From positions 64,001 to 128,000 of IMG/VR virus record IMGVR_UViG_3300020366_000001: 64,000 nt of DNA; one strand, 5' to 3'. The stretch's first letter is position 1. Every line of letters begins with the position of its first letter. The notes under the pieces are model-generated. The model had not been told where the DNA came from, searched no databases, and was given only the letters and a program-made list of their open reading frames with translations. Made by a program: the position numbers and the translations under genes. Shown piece by piece: positions 1 to 9,500 of the stretch. This stretch comes from a virus. Lineage: Duplodnaviria > Caudoviricetes.

Positions 1-999
1 CTATGTCTAACTCAACTTGCGATTGCCCCTGCCACTCTGGCGGCAGATGTGGGGGGTGTAAGTGCAACAGCTAATCCAATCGCGAATAGCTCTGGCTCAG
101 TGACCAACCAAGCCATTCAGGTTTTGCAAGGTCCGTATATCACTAACACATATGGGGGTGGAATTAGTTGTCAAGGACCAACTATGAATTTCACCCCATA
201 CATTACTCACTCGCAGAGTAATAAAGATCCGTTTGAACAAAGATATTTTGAACCTCAATACGACAACAGAGATTTTGAAGGTCGAACTGTTGAGGTGCAG
301 AAAGTTGTAAAGAACTGGCCTTGGGAAGAGTGGTACGACAATAGAACTTATACTGACGCAGAGGGTAATGAAGTTCGTGCATATGAAGATGGTGCAGATA
401 TGCCCATTACTATTATGGAAGTTCAACCCGATGGAGTTCCCGACAATCCTGGCTCAGTGTTATGGGATAAACCAGTAAGAACTGGTGAGAAAATTAACTA
501 TAGTACCAACATAGGTTTATCTGCTACGTTATCACTACCTCTCGATGGAGGATTGCAAGAACGTTGTAAGGCAGCAGCAGATACACACAATCAACTACAA
601 ACTCAACTTGTCGCTAATAAGCGATTAGATTTTGAGATTGCGAGACTAAAAAATTGTGGCGAGTTAAAGAAAGCTGGAATATATTTTAGACCAGGAACAA
701 AATATGCTGTTATTTGTTCTGATGTAATTGTCACAAATCCAGGCGGTGTAATCCCACCACATCGTCATTCTATCCCTTCGGTTTCAGTGCCGAACGCAAC
801 TTCTTTATCGCCTGATTCCGATCACGCTGCTCAGCAACCCGCTCCCGCAAGGACAATACCTGGGGCTTCTTACCCCGTAAGGCAGCAACCTTCTTCATCA
901 CCTTCTTCACAGTCGGTTTCACCACTTTTAACAGAAGATCAGCAAGAGGTTTTGCGAGCAGTGCCGAGGTCGTTGCCACAACCGCAATGGCCGCGGTAG
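1..999 (+). CDS. Conserved cyanophage hypothetical protein, 5'-truncated, probable signal peptide
   Basis: Frame is open from position 1 (LCLTQLAIAPATLAADVGGV...), so the true start is upstream of the window. SATANP-SSGSVTNQAIQ and RLDFEIARLKNCGEL blocks resemble a common cyanomyovirus family. Confidence 0.65.
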   Translation, partial: LCLTQLAIAPATLAADVGGVSATANPIANSSGSVTNQAIQVLQGPYITNTYGGGISCQGPTMNFTPYITHSQSNKDPFEQRYFEPQYDNRDFEGRTVEVQKVVKNWPWEEWYDNRTYTDAEGNEVRAYEDGADMPITIMEVQPDGVPDNPGSVLWDKPVRTGEKINYSTNIGLSATLSLPLDGGLQERCKAAADTHNQLQTQLVANKRLDFEIARLKNCGELKKAGIYFRPGTKYAVICSDVIVTNPGGVIPPHRHSIPSVSVPNATSLSPDSDHAAQQPAPARTIPGASYPVRQQPSSSPSSQSVSPLLTEDQQEVLRAVPRSLPQPQWPR

Positions 1000-1525
1000 T
1001 CGTTACCGCTTCTGGAGCAGGTAGATATTTTTCAGTCCAAGGAATTTCTTCTGCGGGCGGTTCACCTACCTCCTCAACTATCTTTTCACAGACCTTCTTA
1101 GACTCGTTATATTTCTCATCGAGTCCACAAGAGGGTCTTTTTGGTATCTGGGGAGATGGTGCAGCAGGTGCTGATGTATCTTCTGGTGGTGGGGGAGAGA
1201 TCTTTGGTAGAGGAGGTTCCGTAGATTCAATGACTAATCGATTGGCATCGTAATCAATAGGATTGAAACTAGGAGTACCTGCATCACAAAAAGTACGAAC
1301 ACCATCTTTGTCTTCGTCCTTTAGTGTTTGGTTTTCATTACTATCAATATGTGCCTCAACGCAACCAGGGATATTGACAATAGGCACACCAACTCCCGAC
1401 ACGACTGGTGGTGCAACTGGTAGCATTGTGCTAGGAGGTGCAACTATCCATTCGGGCAAGACATTAACTTGAATATCTCTAATGTCGATATTCTTAATGC
1501 CAATGTCTATTTTTGGGATACTCAC
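770..1525 (-). CDS. Conserved cyanophage hypothetical protein, Pro-rich with a C-terminal hydrophobic then basic tail
   Basis: 251-aa ORF; PIVNIPGCVEAH and FCDAGTPSFNPIDY motifs; ATGA overlap with the upstream gene. Confidence 0.75.
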   Translation of the reverse strand: MSIPKIDIGIKNIDIRDIQVNVLPEWIVAPPSTMLPVAPPVVSGVGVPIVNIPGCVEAHIDSNENQTLKDEDKDGVRTFCDAGTPSFNPIDYDANRLVIESTEPPLPKISPPPPEDTSAPAAPSPQIPKRPSCGLDEKYNESKKVCEKIVEEVGEPPAEEIPWTEKYLPAPEAVTTTAAIAVVATTSALLAKPLADLLLKVVKPTVKKVMKKVAALRGKKPQVLSLRERVAEQRDRNQAIKKLRSALKPKG

Positions 1526-1767
1526 AGACCAGGAATGGCAGGCATTGAGGTGCTAACACCACCCGTAGCGCTAGGCATCTTAGGCATAGCACCACTGATC
1601 ATTCCAGGAAGAGCATCAGTAATAGCTTCAGTAACTGCCGCAGTTGCTTTTTCTCTTGCTGATTCAATCAGAGAATCCTTGTTAAGGTATAGGTAAGCAC
1701 TACCACCAACAACGGCAGCAGATACACCAAAAGACGCAATAGCAAGTATGTTGATAATTTTTTGCAT
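1522..1767 (-). CDS. Small membrane-anchored hypothetical protein
   Basis: 81 aa, N-terminal hydrophobic helix (MQKIINILAIASFGVSAAVVGG). Confidence 0.75.
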   Translation of the reverse strand: MQKIINILAIASFGVSAAVVGGSAYLYLNKDSLIESAREKATAAVTEAITDALPGMISGAMPKMPSATGGVSTSMPAIPGL

Positions 1768-1777
1768 TGTAAGTACT

Positions 1778-2290
1778 TCACTGTACTTTATTTAGTAGAA
1801 GGATTGCATTTTCCAGTTCTTCTTTATGATTCCACTCATCTTGTGCAACAGCAGCAATCTCTTTATCTTCTGGATGTGTCGCAAGATATTTAATATATGT
1901 CTCGAAAGCGTGCTCTTCTACTTTGACACTAACATCGTAAGCATTGCGAGGAGATACCCAATAATAAACCACGTTAACCCAATAGTAGATAAGGACGAGA
2001 TGCTTGGCAACAAAACGATCGATAAAATAAGCGTTGCCACCCCTACTTTCCATAAGTTCCAAATGTTCTGTTTCATTTAATGTCTGAGCAAAATGTTCTT
2101 TCATCAAATAGATATGTTCTGGTCCTCGCAATCCCAGAGATTCTCTGAGATGTAGTACACTCAAAAAAGCAAAATAGGGTGCCCGAGCAATTTCCTCAAG
2201 CACCCAAAAACGTTGTATTTCCCTGCCACGGTACAGAAAATCTAGTACCGCGACAGTCACGTTGAGAACGACCGTGTTAAGAGTCTTCAT
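1778..2290 (-). CDS. ptoX: Plastoquinol terminal oxidase (PTOX, AOX/PTOX di-iron family), auxiliary metabolic gene
   Basis: RFWVLEEIARAPYFAFLSVLHLRESLG, NETEHL, VEEHAFETY and QDEWNH di-iron carboxylate motifs. Confidence 0.93.
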   Translation of the reverse strand: MKTLNTVVLNVTVAVLDFLYRGREIQRFWVLEEIARAPYFAFLSVLHLRESLGLRGPEHIYLMKEHFAQTLNETEHLELMESRGGNAYFIDRFVAKHLVLIYYWVNVVYYWVSPRNAYDVSVKVEEHAFETYIKYLATHPEDKEIAAVAQDEWNHKEELENAILLLNKVQ

Positions 2291-2846
2291 CTACTTGGAT
2301 AGGTTCTTCTATACAATCTTTATACATCTTAGCAAGTTGTCCACCTACTTGCTCTCCTTGTTCCGAACTAAACATAGTTACGAATCCAGCGAGTGCCCAC
2401 CCAACAAAAGGTATTCCAGAAACAAAAGAAGCAGCTGCAGAACCCATACTAGCTCCTACAATCTTTCCTGTTTGTTTTCCACCACCTTCCGCCTGCAAAC
2501 ACGCTACGGTTTCGGCACTTAACTTTTTTCCATCAATAACTACTCCTCCCTCACCTGTATGTTTTGCACCGTCCATAGTATATTCTTCATAGGTTTGGAT
2601 TTGTTGTCGCTGTAGTCCCAAGAAACCAGATGGTCGATCGGAAGTTCTATTCTCGATCATCACTTTAGGATCGTTTGCACGATACTGTATTCTATATCCA
2701 TCTTTACTTGCCTCAACAGTGTAGGCATTGTAATCTTGGGTTGGCAGATTAACTACAGGCAACCCATTTCGTTGAACTAATAATCCTATCATTCCGACGT
2801 GTGACACTCCAATGAGTGCTCCCAATCCTATAGTGAACCACTTCAT
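2277..2846 (-). CDS. Conserved cyanophage membrane-associated hypothetical protein
   Basis: 189 aa; N-terminal TM segment and glycine-zipper-like C-terminal segment (GASMGSAAAS...GIPFVGWALAG). Confidence 0.75.
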   Translation of the reverse strand: MKWFTIGLGALIGVSHVGMIGLLVQRNGLPVVNLPTQDYNAYTVEASKDGYRIQYRANDPKVMIENRTSDRPSGFLGLQRQQIQTYEEYTMDGAKHTGEGGVVIDGKKLSAETVACLQAEGGGKQTGKIVGASMGSAAASFVSGIPFVGWALAGFVTMFSSEQGEQVGGQLAKMYKDCIEEPIQVDEDS

Positions 2847-2850
2847 AGCA

Positions 2851-3270
2851 TTATCCTTTCTTGTCCGTTGTCGGGGGTTGCAACACTAACGGTGCCTGTT
2901 CAATACGAATAGTTTGAGCAGGAGCTGTTGCCGCCGCCTTTTCAATCAGTCTCTCCATATCTGCTTTGGAGATAGAACCAGGAGGCATTTTCATAGTGCC
3001 ATCACCACTTTTTTTAGCCGTTTGAACCCCGAACGTAGCTAAAACCCCAGTAAACACGCTGGCTATGAAAGTTGGATCGATTTTCTGTTGTGGTAATCCA
3101 GGAATAGTAACATAGTTAAGAGTAAGAATTCCGCCACTCCAAACTAAAATACCTAATCTTACCAAGGTACTGAGAACCATTAACTGTTCATCAGCATCTT
3201 GTGCTTTTTCTTTTAATTTACCAAAGGGACCTTTAGGTTTGGTCTCTGGTTTCTTCTGTTCTTCCGTCAT
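2851..3270 (-). CDS. Two-TM hypothetical protein (cyanobacterial/cyanophage family)
   Basis: LVRLGILVWSGGILTLNY and KIDPTFIASVFTGVLATFGV motifs. Confidence 0.75.
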   Translation of the reverse strand: MTEEQKKPETKPKGPFGKLKEKAQDADEQLMVLSTLVRLGILVWSGGILTLNYVTIPGLPQQKIDPTFIASVFTGVLATFGVQTAKKSGDGTMKMPPGSISKADMERLIEKAAATAPAQTIRIEQAPLVLQPPTTDKKG

Positions 3271-3679
3271 TTTCTATCTCCGCATTTTTGAGCATTTTTG
3301 CAAGTTCTGCGGTACTTCCAACAAACATTGTGTTGTTCACAGTAGAGGGACCACGGGCATCTTTGCCCTCTTTCACTTCCTTGGTATCTTTCTGTAACTT
3401 CATCAACTTGTCAGTTGTGTCCGCTACGTTCTTAATCATTAAGGCAGCAACTTCATATGCTCTCGGATGATCCGAGGATGCCGCGACATCAAGAATACCG
3501 TTAAGTGCTTCCTGACCCTTTTCAATGAGAGAGTACAAATTGCCACGAGTATATTCGTAGTCCTTTGTTACATCCTCAGCCCTTTCGGGTTTTTTAGGTT
3601 CAACAGTCGCTTCAACAACATCAGCTTCCTCTTCGGGAAGATTTAACAGATCTTTCATATTATCTTCTAGTTTACTCAT
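3233..3679 (-). CDS. gp16: Terminase small subunit (T4 gp16-like)
   Basis: KDYEYTRGNLYSLIEKGQEA, HPRAYEVA and NNTMFVGSTAELAKML motifs; follows gp15. Confidence 0.92.
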   Translation of the reverse strand: MSKLEDNMKDLLNLPEEEADVVEATVEPKKPERAEDVTKDYEYTRGNLYSLIEKGQEALNGILDVAASSDHPRAYEVAALMIKNVADTTDKLMKLQKDTKEVKEGKDARGPSTVNNTMFVGSTAELAKMLKNAEIENDGRTEETRDQT

Positions 3680-4470
3680 AACGCTTCAAATCCTTCATTG
3701 AAACCGAAGTTATCGTCAGGGTGCACATATGAATCATCAGCTGTGGTAATCTGACCATCGCCATCATAATCCTTTTTCGCTTTGGGAGTATATGTGAGGC
3801 GAGTATTCTTGCGACGGGTACCGTCTCCAAGATCTCCAATTTCTGCAATCGATTTTTTGATGACGCCAATATTGGTCATAGGACCATAGAGGTATGTCTT
3901 TACAGAAAACTGCAGACGATACTCCAGGTAGCGGCGCTGTCTAAAATCCCCATCATATTGATCAGTGTAATCAACACTGTTGAGAACTACAGGACAATCC
4001 TTTACTTCATCCATATCAGGAATCATCTTGATAGGAAGATTGAATGATGGTTGAAAGTAAGGAAGAATCTGTTCTAAAATAGCAAGACCGTCATCTTGTG
4101 ATTTTGCCAGAATGCCTAATTCAAAACCAATATTATATGGCACAGGCATATATTGTTTACGTACTCCACCAGTAGCATCGTCAGTCTTTCTGTAAGTCTG
4201 AACAGGACTAGTTTTACGAGTAGCATCGTATGTGTAACTCGTCATCTCAAAGTACATTCTAGGAAGAGTCATCTGAGACTGTTTATCCAGATTCGGAAGA
4301 TCTTCTAGACGTGCCAAAAATTTGTCCCTAGGACCATATGCCAGGGGGACTTTTTCTCGGACGATTTCATTACCATTTTCGTCCAGGTCACGGAGTTCGA
4401 CATTATTGAAAATTGTGCCGAATGCGATAACCGTACGACGAATGGTACCGTTATAAAAGTACTGTAACAT
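3676..4470 (-). CDS. gp15: Tail sheath stabiliser/terminator (T4 gp15-like)
   Basis: YFYNGTIRRTVIAFGTIFNN, VPLAYGP, PVPYN and EQILPYFQP motifs. Confidence 0.93.
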   Translation of the reverse strand: MLQYFYNGTIRRTVIAFGTIFNNVELRDLDENGNEIVREKVPLAYGPRDKFLARLEDLPNLDKQSQMTLPRMYFEMTSYTYDATRKTSPVQTYRKTDDATGGVRKQYMPVPYNIGFELGILAKSQDDGLAILEQILPYFQPSFNLPIKMIPDMDEVKDCPVVLNSVDYTDQYDGDFRQRRYLEYRLQFSVKTYLYGPMTNIGVIKKSIAEIGDLGDGTRRKNTRLTYTPKAKKDYDGDGQITTADDSYVHPDDNFGFNEGFEAL

Positions 4471-5333
4471 TAGAAACTACCTGTCTTATTACCGATTTCG
4501 CCAAAGGGATTTCTCTCAGAGAAGTCAATGACATCATCTGCTTTGAATTCAATTGTGGCGTTATCGTCATACTGAACACTCTCTATAGTGATAGTAGTAA
4601 ACGATTGAATGGTACCGCTGCCATTTGGACCAGTGATGACTTCGTTCTCTTGGAACGATCCCTTAGGATAGACAACGGTAAGTTTACCAGTGCCAGCATC
4701 AAAGTCTACAACAGTACCAGAAGCACCACCAGCGGACGTAAAGTCTTCACCCTCAGAGAAGGTGCCAGTCACATTGGTAAGTGTGATTGGGAAGGTATAT
4801 GCTTCTCTTTCTAACTGATCAACAGCAGCATCGCCAGTATCAAAGAGAGTGTTGCCACGCTCCATAATCTCAGCGGTGATTGTGTAGAAATACACTTTCC
4901 CCAATTGGAAGAAAGGCATTTCTTTCTCAACGAATTTGATCTCATAGTTATCCCCTGTTAAGGGATAGTGAATGATGTCACCTTCGTTAGGACGATCAGG
5001 TAGTTGTGGATTAGCAGCATCAACTTCACTCCACCTGTTGACAGAAACAACAAACGTTGCTTCGTCGGTGATGCGAAGACCGAACTTGGATACAAGTTCT
5101 GCTCCCATTCCACCAAATCCTTCTACATTTTGCAGAAGCATTTCTACAACATATATATCCTCAAACTTCGATAGAATGACATCATTCAAGACATCATCCT
5201 TGATCATCACCCGAGGAATGTATTTGACATCACTGCCAAATAGTTTGATTTGCTCATCTACAAGATCTTGTACAAGACCCTGCTCACCTGCAGTGCCACC
5301 GTGTAACGTTGGGAAGTAAGGACTAGTAGGCAT
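4470..5333 (-). CDS. gp14: Neck protein (T4 gp14-like)
   Basis: EQIKLFGSDVKYIPR, SKFGLRITDE, RPNEGDIIHYP and DFSERNPFG motifs. Confidence 0.92.
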   Translation of the reverse strand: MPTSPYFPTLHGGTAGEQGLVQDLVDEQIKLFGSDVKYIPRVMIKDDVLNDVILSKFEDIYVVEMLLQNVEGFGGMGAELVSKFGLRITDEATFVVSVNRWSEVDAANPQLPDRPNEGDIIHYPLTGDNYEIKFVEKEMPFFQLGKVYFYTITAEIMERGNTLFDTGDAAVDQLEREAYTFPITLTNVTGTFSEGEDFTSAGGASGTVVDFDAGTGKLTVVYPKGSFQENEVITGPNGSGTIQSFTTITIESVQYDDNATIEFKADDVIDFSERNPFGEIGNKTGSF

Positions 5334-6139
5334 TATCCGATCAGATCAAGGGGAGGAAGAGCGTAAGTAGAAAGGATCTGTTCTTCTATCTTTTCTAATT
5401 CAGCAACTGCTTCCGTGTAGATTTTATCTCCGTTAAGAGTAATTCCACCAGGAAGTTGAACGTTGTTGTACTTAGTCAAGTTAGTACCCCACTGCCGTTT
5501 TATAAGAGCAGTGAGATACTTTTTGAGGAATGGATCGTTGTAGACTTGAGTGTATGTGTTGGGATCTAAAGCACGATAACACTCAATGATAAGGAATTCT
5601 CCTTCTTTAATATCTTCAGATGCTGTATCAAGATAGAGACGATCTTGTCTCTGGTTAAATCTATACTGGATAAACGTGCCGTTGTTCAGCACAAAATCAA
5701 GAGTCTCCAGATAACTCTTGGTCATATAATAGTTGAGGATATCAATAGACCCAAAGTGATAGAGGTCGTTAAGAAAAATTTGATACTCAATCCCAAAAAG
5801 ATTACCTCTAATACCACTAGACTTAATACCAAAAATGCGATTAATCCCATAAACGTGTTCAGGGACAGGGATATAGTTATCCCTTTCAACCCAGTCGGTA
5901 GAACCCACCGTGGTAGTTTGGTTTGACGTTTTGAATCTAGTGACATCATCAGCAGTTATTTCGTGTTTCAACAGCATCTTCTCTGTGCCGTTGTAAGTCC
6001 ACTCAGCAAACTTCTGTAAGGCATCATCAGTCAGGTCATCAATCTGCTCAGTTGCCACATTCACCTGCAGCACAGGTTGACCTAATTGCCTTAGACAATA
6101 TGCTTGTAATTCAGCTCTCGTACTTGGTGACGCCATCAC
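5333..6139 (-). CDS. gp13: Neck protein (T4 gp13-like)
   Basis: YCLRQLGQPVLQVNV and IKRQWGTNLTKYNNVQLPGGITLNG motifs. Confidence 0.93.
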   Translation of the reverse strand: MMASPSTRAELQAYCLRQLGQPVLQVNVATEQIDDLTDDALQKFAEWTYNGTEKMLLKHEITADDVTRFKTSNQTTTVGSTDWVERDNYIPVPEHVYGINRIFGIKSSGIRGNLFGIEYQIFLNDLYHFGSIDILNYYMTKSYLETLDFVLNNGTFIQYRFNQRQDRLYLDTASEDIKEGEFLIIECYRALDPNTYTQVYNDPFLKKYLTALIKRQWGTNLTKYNNVQLPGGITLNGDKIYTEAVAELEKIEEQILSTYALPPLDLIG

Positions 6140-6141
6140 AC

Positions 6142-6180
6142 AAAAATACCCTTCATATCTATTTAGACGTGAAGGGTATT
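6142..6180 (-). terminator. Rho-independent terminator whose loop contains a late promoter (CTAAATA) for gp13
   Basis: 11-bp stem AATACCCTTCA/TGAAGGGTATT ending in a T-run on the minus strand; loop contains CTAAATA (6160-6166). Confidence 0.7.
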
Positions 6181-6198
6181 GAGGTTATGATGTGATGG

Positions 6199-6426
6199 TC
6201 AGGAAGGAGTAGTCTCTGTGAGGAGTTCTCGTTCGACTTCTTCAGATTCTGCAACGGGTGCTTGCTGATCTTGCAGAATGTTCAAACCCTCAACAGCGCC
6301 TTGAAGCTTGAGATAACGCTCCTTTGCAGTATTGAGTTTGGTCTCCATCTCTGCAATTTCCTTCATCAGATCTTTCATCTGCGAAGAAAAATTAACAATT
6401 AGTTCTTCGGTATTCATCGTGGACAT
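6199..6426 (-). CDS. Small coiled-coil hypothetical protein
   Basis: 75 aa heptad-rich (ERYLKLQGAVEGL); has its own promoter upstream. Confidence 0.75.
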   Translation of the reverse strand: MSTMNTEELIVNFSSQMKDLMKEIAEMETKLNTAKERYLKLQGAVEGLNILQDQQAPVAESEEVERELLTETTPS

Positions 6427-6431
6427 TAGAG

Positions 6432-6461
6432 AAAAAAAGAAGGGGGCGTAAGTGCCCCCCT
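6432..6461 (-). terminator. Rho-independent terminator after the 1792-aa gene
   Basis: GGGGGC-ACTTAC-GCCCCC hairpin followed by TTCTTTTTTT on the minus strand. Confidence 0.8.
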
Positions 6462-6490
6462 AGTATAGAGTATTTAGTTGTCTTCGTCAA
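6462..6490 (-). promoter_or_regulatory. Sigma70-type promoter TTGACG-N17-TATACT with a late-type CTAAATA in the spacer
   Basis: -35 at 6485-6490, -10 at 6462-6467, exact 17-bp spacer; CTAAATA at 6471-6477. Confidence 0.65.
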
Positions 6491-6503
6491 TCGGTTTCCC
6501 GAA

Positions 6504-9500
6504 TTATGCCTGAGACTCACTCCAGGAAATACGACCCGTGACGGTAAAGGGTGAGGAGTTGTTCACACCCGTAAGGTCCACAGGTTCGGCAACCACAGTC
6601 AGGAGGTCAGGTCCGTTCGGGAAGATACCGTCGCCACCAAGGATGGAGTTACCCATCTCAATGATAGAACTAATATCGTACGAGGTAGAACCAGTACCAC
6701 GCTTACCAGTGTTGTCGATCGAACCACCAGCAGCACGGAAGGAGAAGATCTCAAGACCGCCTGCGTAGGTGTCATCCACCGTGTGCTTGATCAACTGGGA
6801 CAGTGACGGAGGTGCCACATCCAAGTAAGTATCAGACGAGAGCGATGGGTTCAGGATCAGTTTGACCTCACACTCGTGCGTGTTCACAACGTCAAGAGAG
6901 TTGAGTTGCAACTGCATTCGGTTGATGATCTCACGTTCACCCAGTGAACCAGACAGGGAGGAGTCCACAGAAGGAGACAGGCGAATAGACACCAGCGGAA
7001 TCTGCGAAGGCACCGTGTTGTCCGTACCCGCGACTGCACCAACAGCGAAGGTGGTGGAGGAAGGAACAGACGGGTTACCAACATCACCGTAGATGATGTT
7101 ATATCCTCTGTTGTACTGGAAGGTAGTGTTGCCGTTAGCATCGATGTACTGGAAGTCAACCTCCAGGCGACCAGAAGAAACTCTGGAACGATAGATCGAG
7201 CGACCATCCACCCACCAACCGTTACCAACAGTTGCCTGATACACGGTAGTACCCTGTGTCAGTTTGCTAGCTTCACTAGTTGGGAAGTACGTTCTGATGT
7301 AGAAGCGCATATTACGTGACCAACCTTCACCGATCTGCCACTGAGACAGAACCGTGGAGTTCTGGTTGGTTTGTGCACTTTGCGCAACTTCGTTGGTGAA
7401 CTTAAGCAGGTTACCAGATGCAGTGAACAGGTACGCTTTATCACTGTCGAATCTACCATCAGTGATAACGGAAGTACCCCAGTGGAACAGGGACGGAATG
7501 AACGTCGGAATTCCAGTGTTCTCAATCTCATAACGTGCGGGCAAGTTACCAGATCTGAAGTATGCTTCCGTCAAGCGGTTGTTGTGCTTGAATTCGTGCA
7601 CGTACTTCACGTGACCGTTCTGATCCTTGAATCCGAAGCGGATCTTACCTGCACCATACCAGGAGTAGTCCATATACGCCATCTGGATCTTAGTAATATC
7701 CAGAATGAAACCAGAAGGACCAGACCCGTCACAGTTGTCGTGGTTCCAAGAACCCTGAGGTGCCTTGGTGTTGATCGTCTTCGTGAGGATGATGTTGGAA
7801 GCAGTGATACCCTTGTACTGCGGTTGGATAACCAGTTGGTTATCGTTGACCACGCGGATAACCTTGTGGGACTGACCACGGATAACAATGAAGTCACCGT
7901 CAGACAGCTGCGAGAGGAATGCGGTGTCATCACCCGTAACCACGTTGTTGTTTCTAGTCACAGACACGCGACCAGTCAACTGAGTGGTGGAGGAACGACG
8001 GACACAGTTCAGAACGGAACCATCGTACTCGAAGTACATACCATTCTGGAAGTCGTACATACCGCAGCGGACATTGGAGTTAACCCAGTTGAGTACGTGA
8101 TACCCGAGGAAACCACCTGCAGCAGATGCAGTAGGTGCATTATCGAGAAGGAACGTGAAGGTAAACTCGTTAACGACAGTGGCGACACTACAACCACCGT
8201 TGTAGGAATCGTCTGTAGCATCCACGAAGCGCAGGTTGGTGCCAACCTCAAGGTTGTGCGGCAGCTTCGTCTCGACGATAACGCGGTGATAGGTCGTACC
8301 ATCCACGTAAGGCGAGTAGTATGCGCGTACAGCGGGTTGTTTCGGACAGAAGTTGATAGCGAGTGAACACTGGATACCTTTACCTGACTGGTAACGGAAG
8401 TATCTACGTGTCTGTCTAACAATCTGACCGTCAGGAGACTTACTAGTACCGATCTCCATACCACCGTCAAACGGTCTGTGGAGGAAGAATCCATCTGGTC
8501 GCACGTAAATGGCGGTGTCGATGAAGTACTCGGTATTACCAGCAGAGTTGACAGCACCTGTCGTGAAGGTTGCTGGGTCCGCGAGAAGAAGTTCCGTATC
8601 GTCTTTAATTGCAGAGATGGTAGTCTCAACAACAGTAAACGTTGTAGCAGAGTTGTTATCGATATAACGGAAAGTATCGTTAACTTTGAAGAATCTGGTG
8701 AAGGTGGTATCGGTACCAGTCACGATTCTAGAACCAGACTGAGTAGCGATAGTACCGCCGCCCACGACCTGTCCATCCATATTGGTATGGATCAGTTTCT
8801 GCAGAGGAGTCTGCGAACCACCAGTAGTGAAGTTAACGAAAGTACCTGCAACTGCAAGTGCTGCAGTCTCAGCAAGTTGGATGTGATCTTGGTCAACCAC
8901 GATCACGAAGTAGTCGCGGTTATCAGTCAGACCACCGATGGTAGTACCACCAGCATCCTGATAGATGAGACGTTGACCAGTCTTCATAAAGTGATCTTGG
9001 ATATTCAACGTGTGGTTGGTAGTATCAACGTTACCGCCGCTACCAGTGTCACGTGCGTCGAAGGTCTTAGTCGTAGGAACGATCTGGAAAGGAACTTCAA
9101 CAACCAGTTGAGTATCAGACTTAACTTCGTTGACGTTGTATGCACCGTCAGTAGCACCGAACGCAGCAGTCTGGTTCTCAAACACTTGATTACCAGAACC
9201 AGCAGAAGTAACGTCAATAGCACTTCCAGGATAGCTGAAGGAAGCAGAGTTACCCAGAGCGAAACGATCGTTAGAAACGACCTTCACGTAGTACTGAGAG
9301 TTCGGAGTCAGGTTGCCAATTGCAGTACCTGCAGTGGTGTAGAACAGACGCTCACCATCAGACAGGTTATGGTTCTCATAGTAGAAGGAGTTACGTAAGG
9401 GGTTAGCAAACGTACCAGTCATACCATAGACACCACGTGCATCAATAAGGCGATATGGTGAAGAACCAGTGCTAGACTTAATTCTGAAGCGGTTATCATC

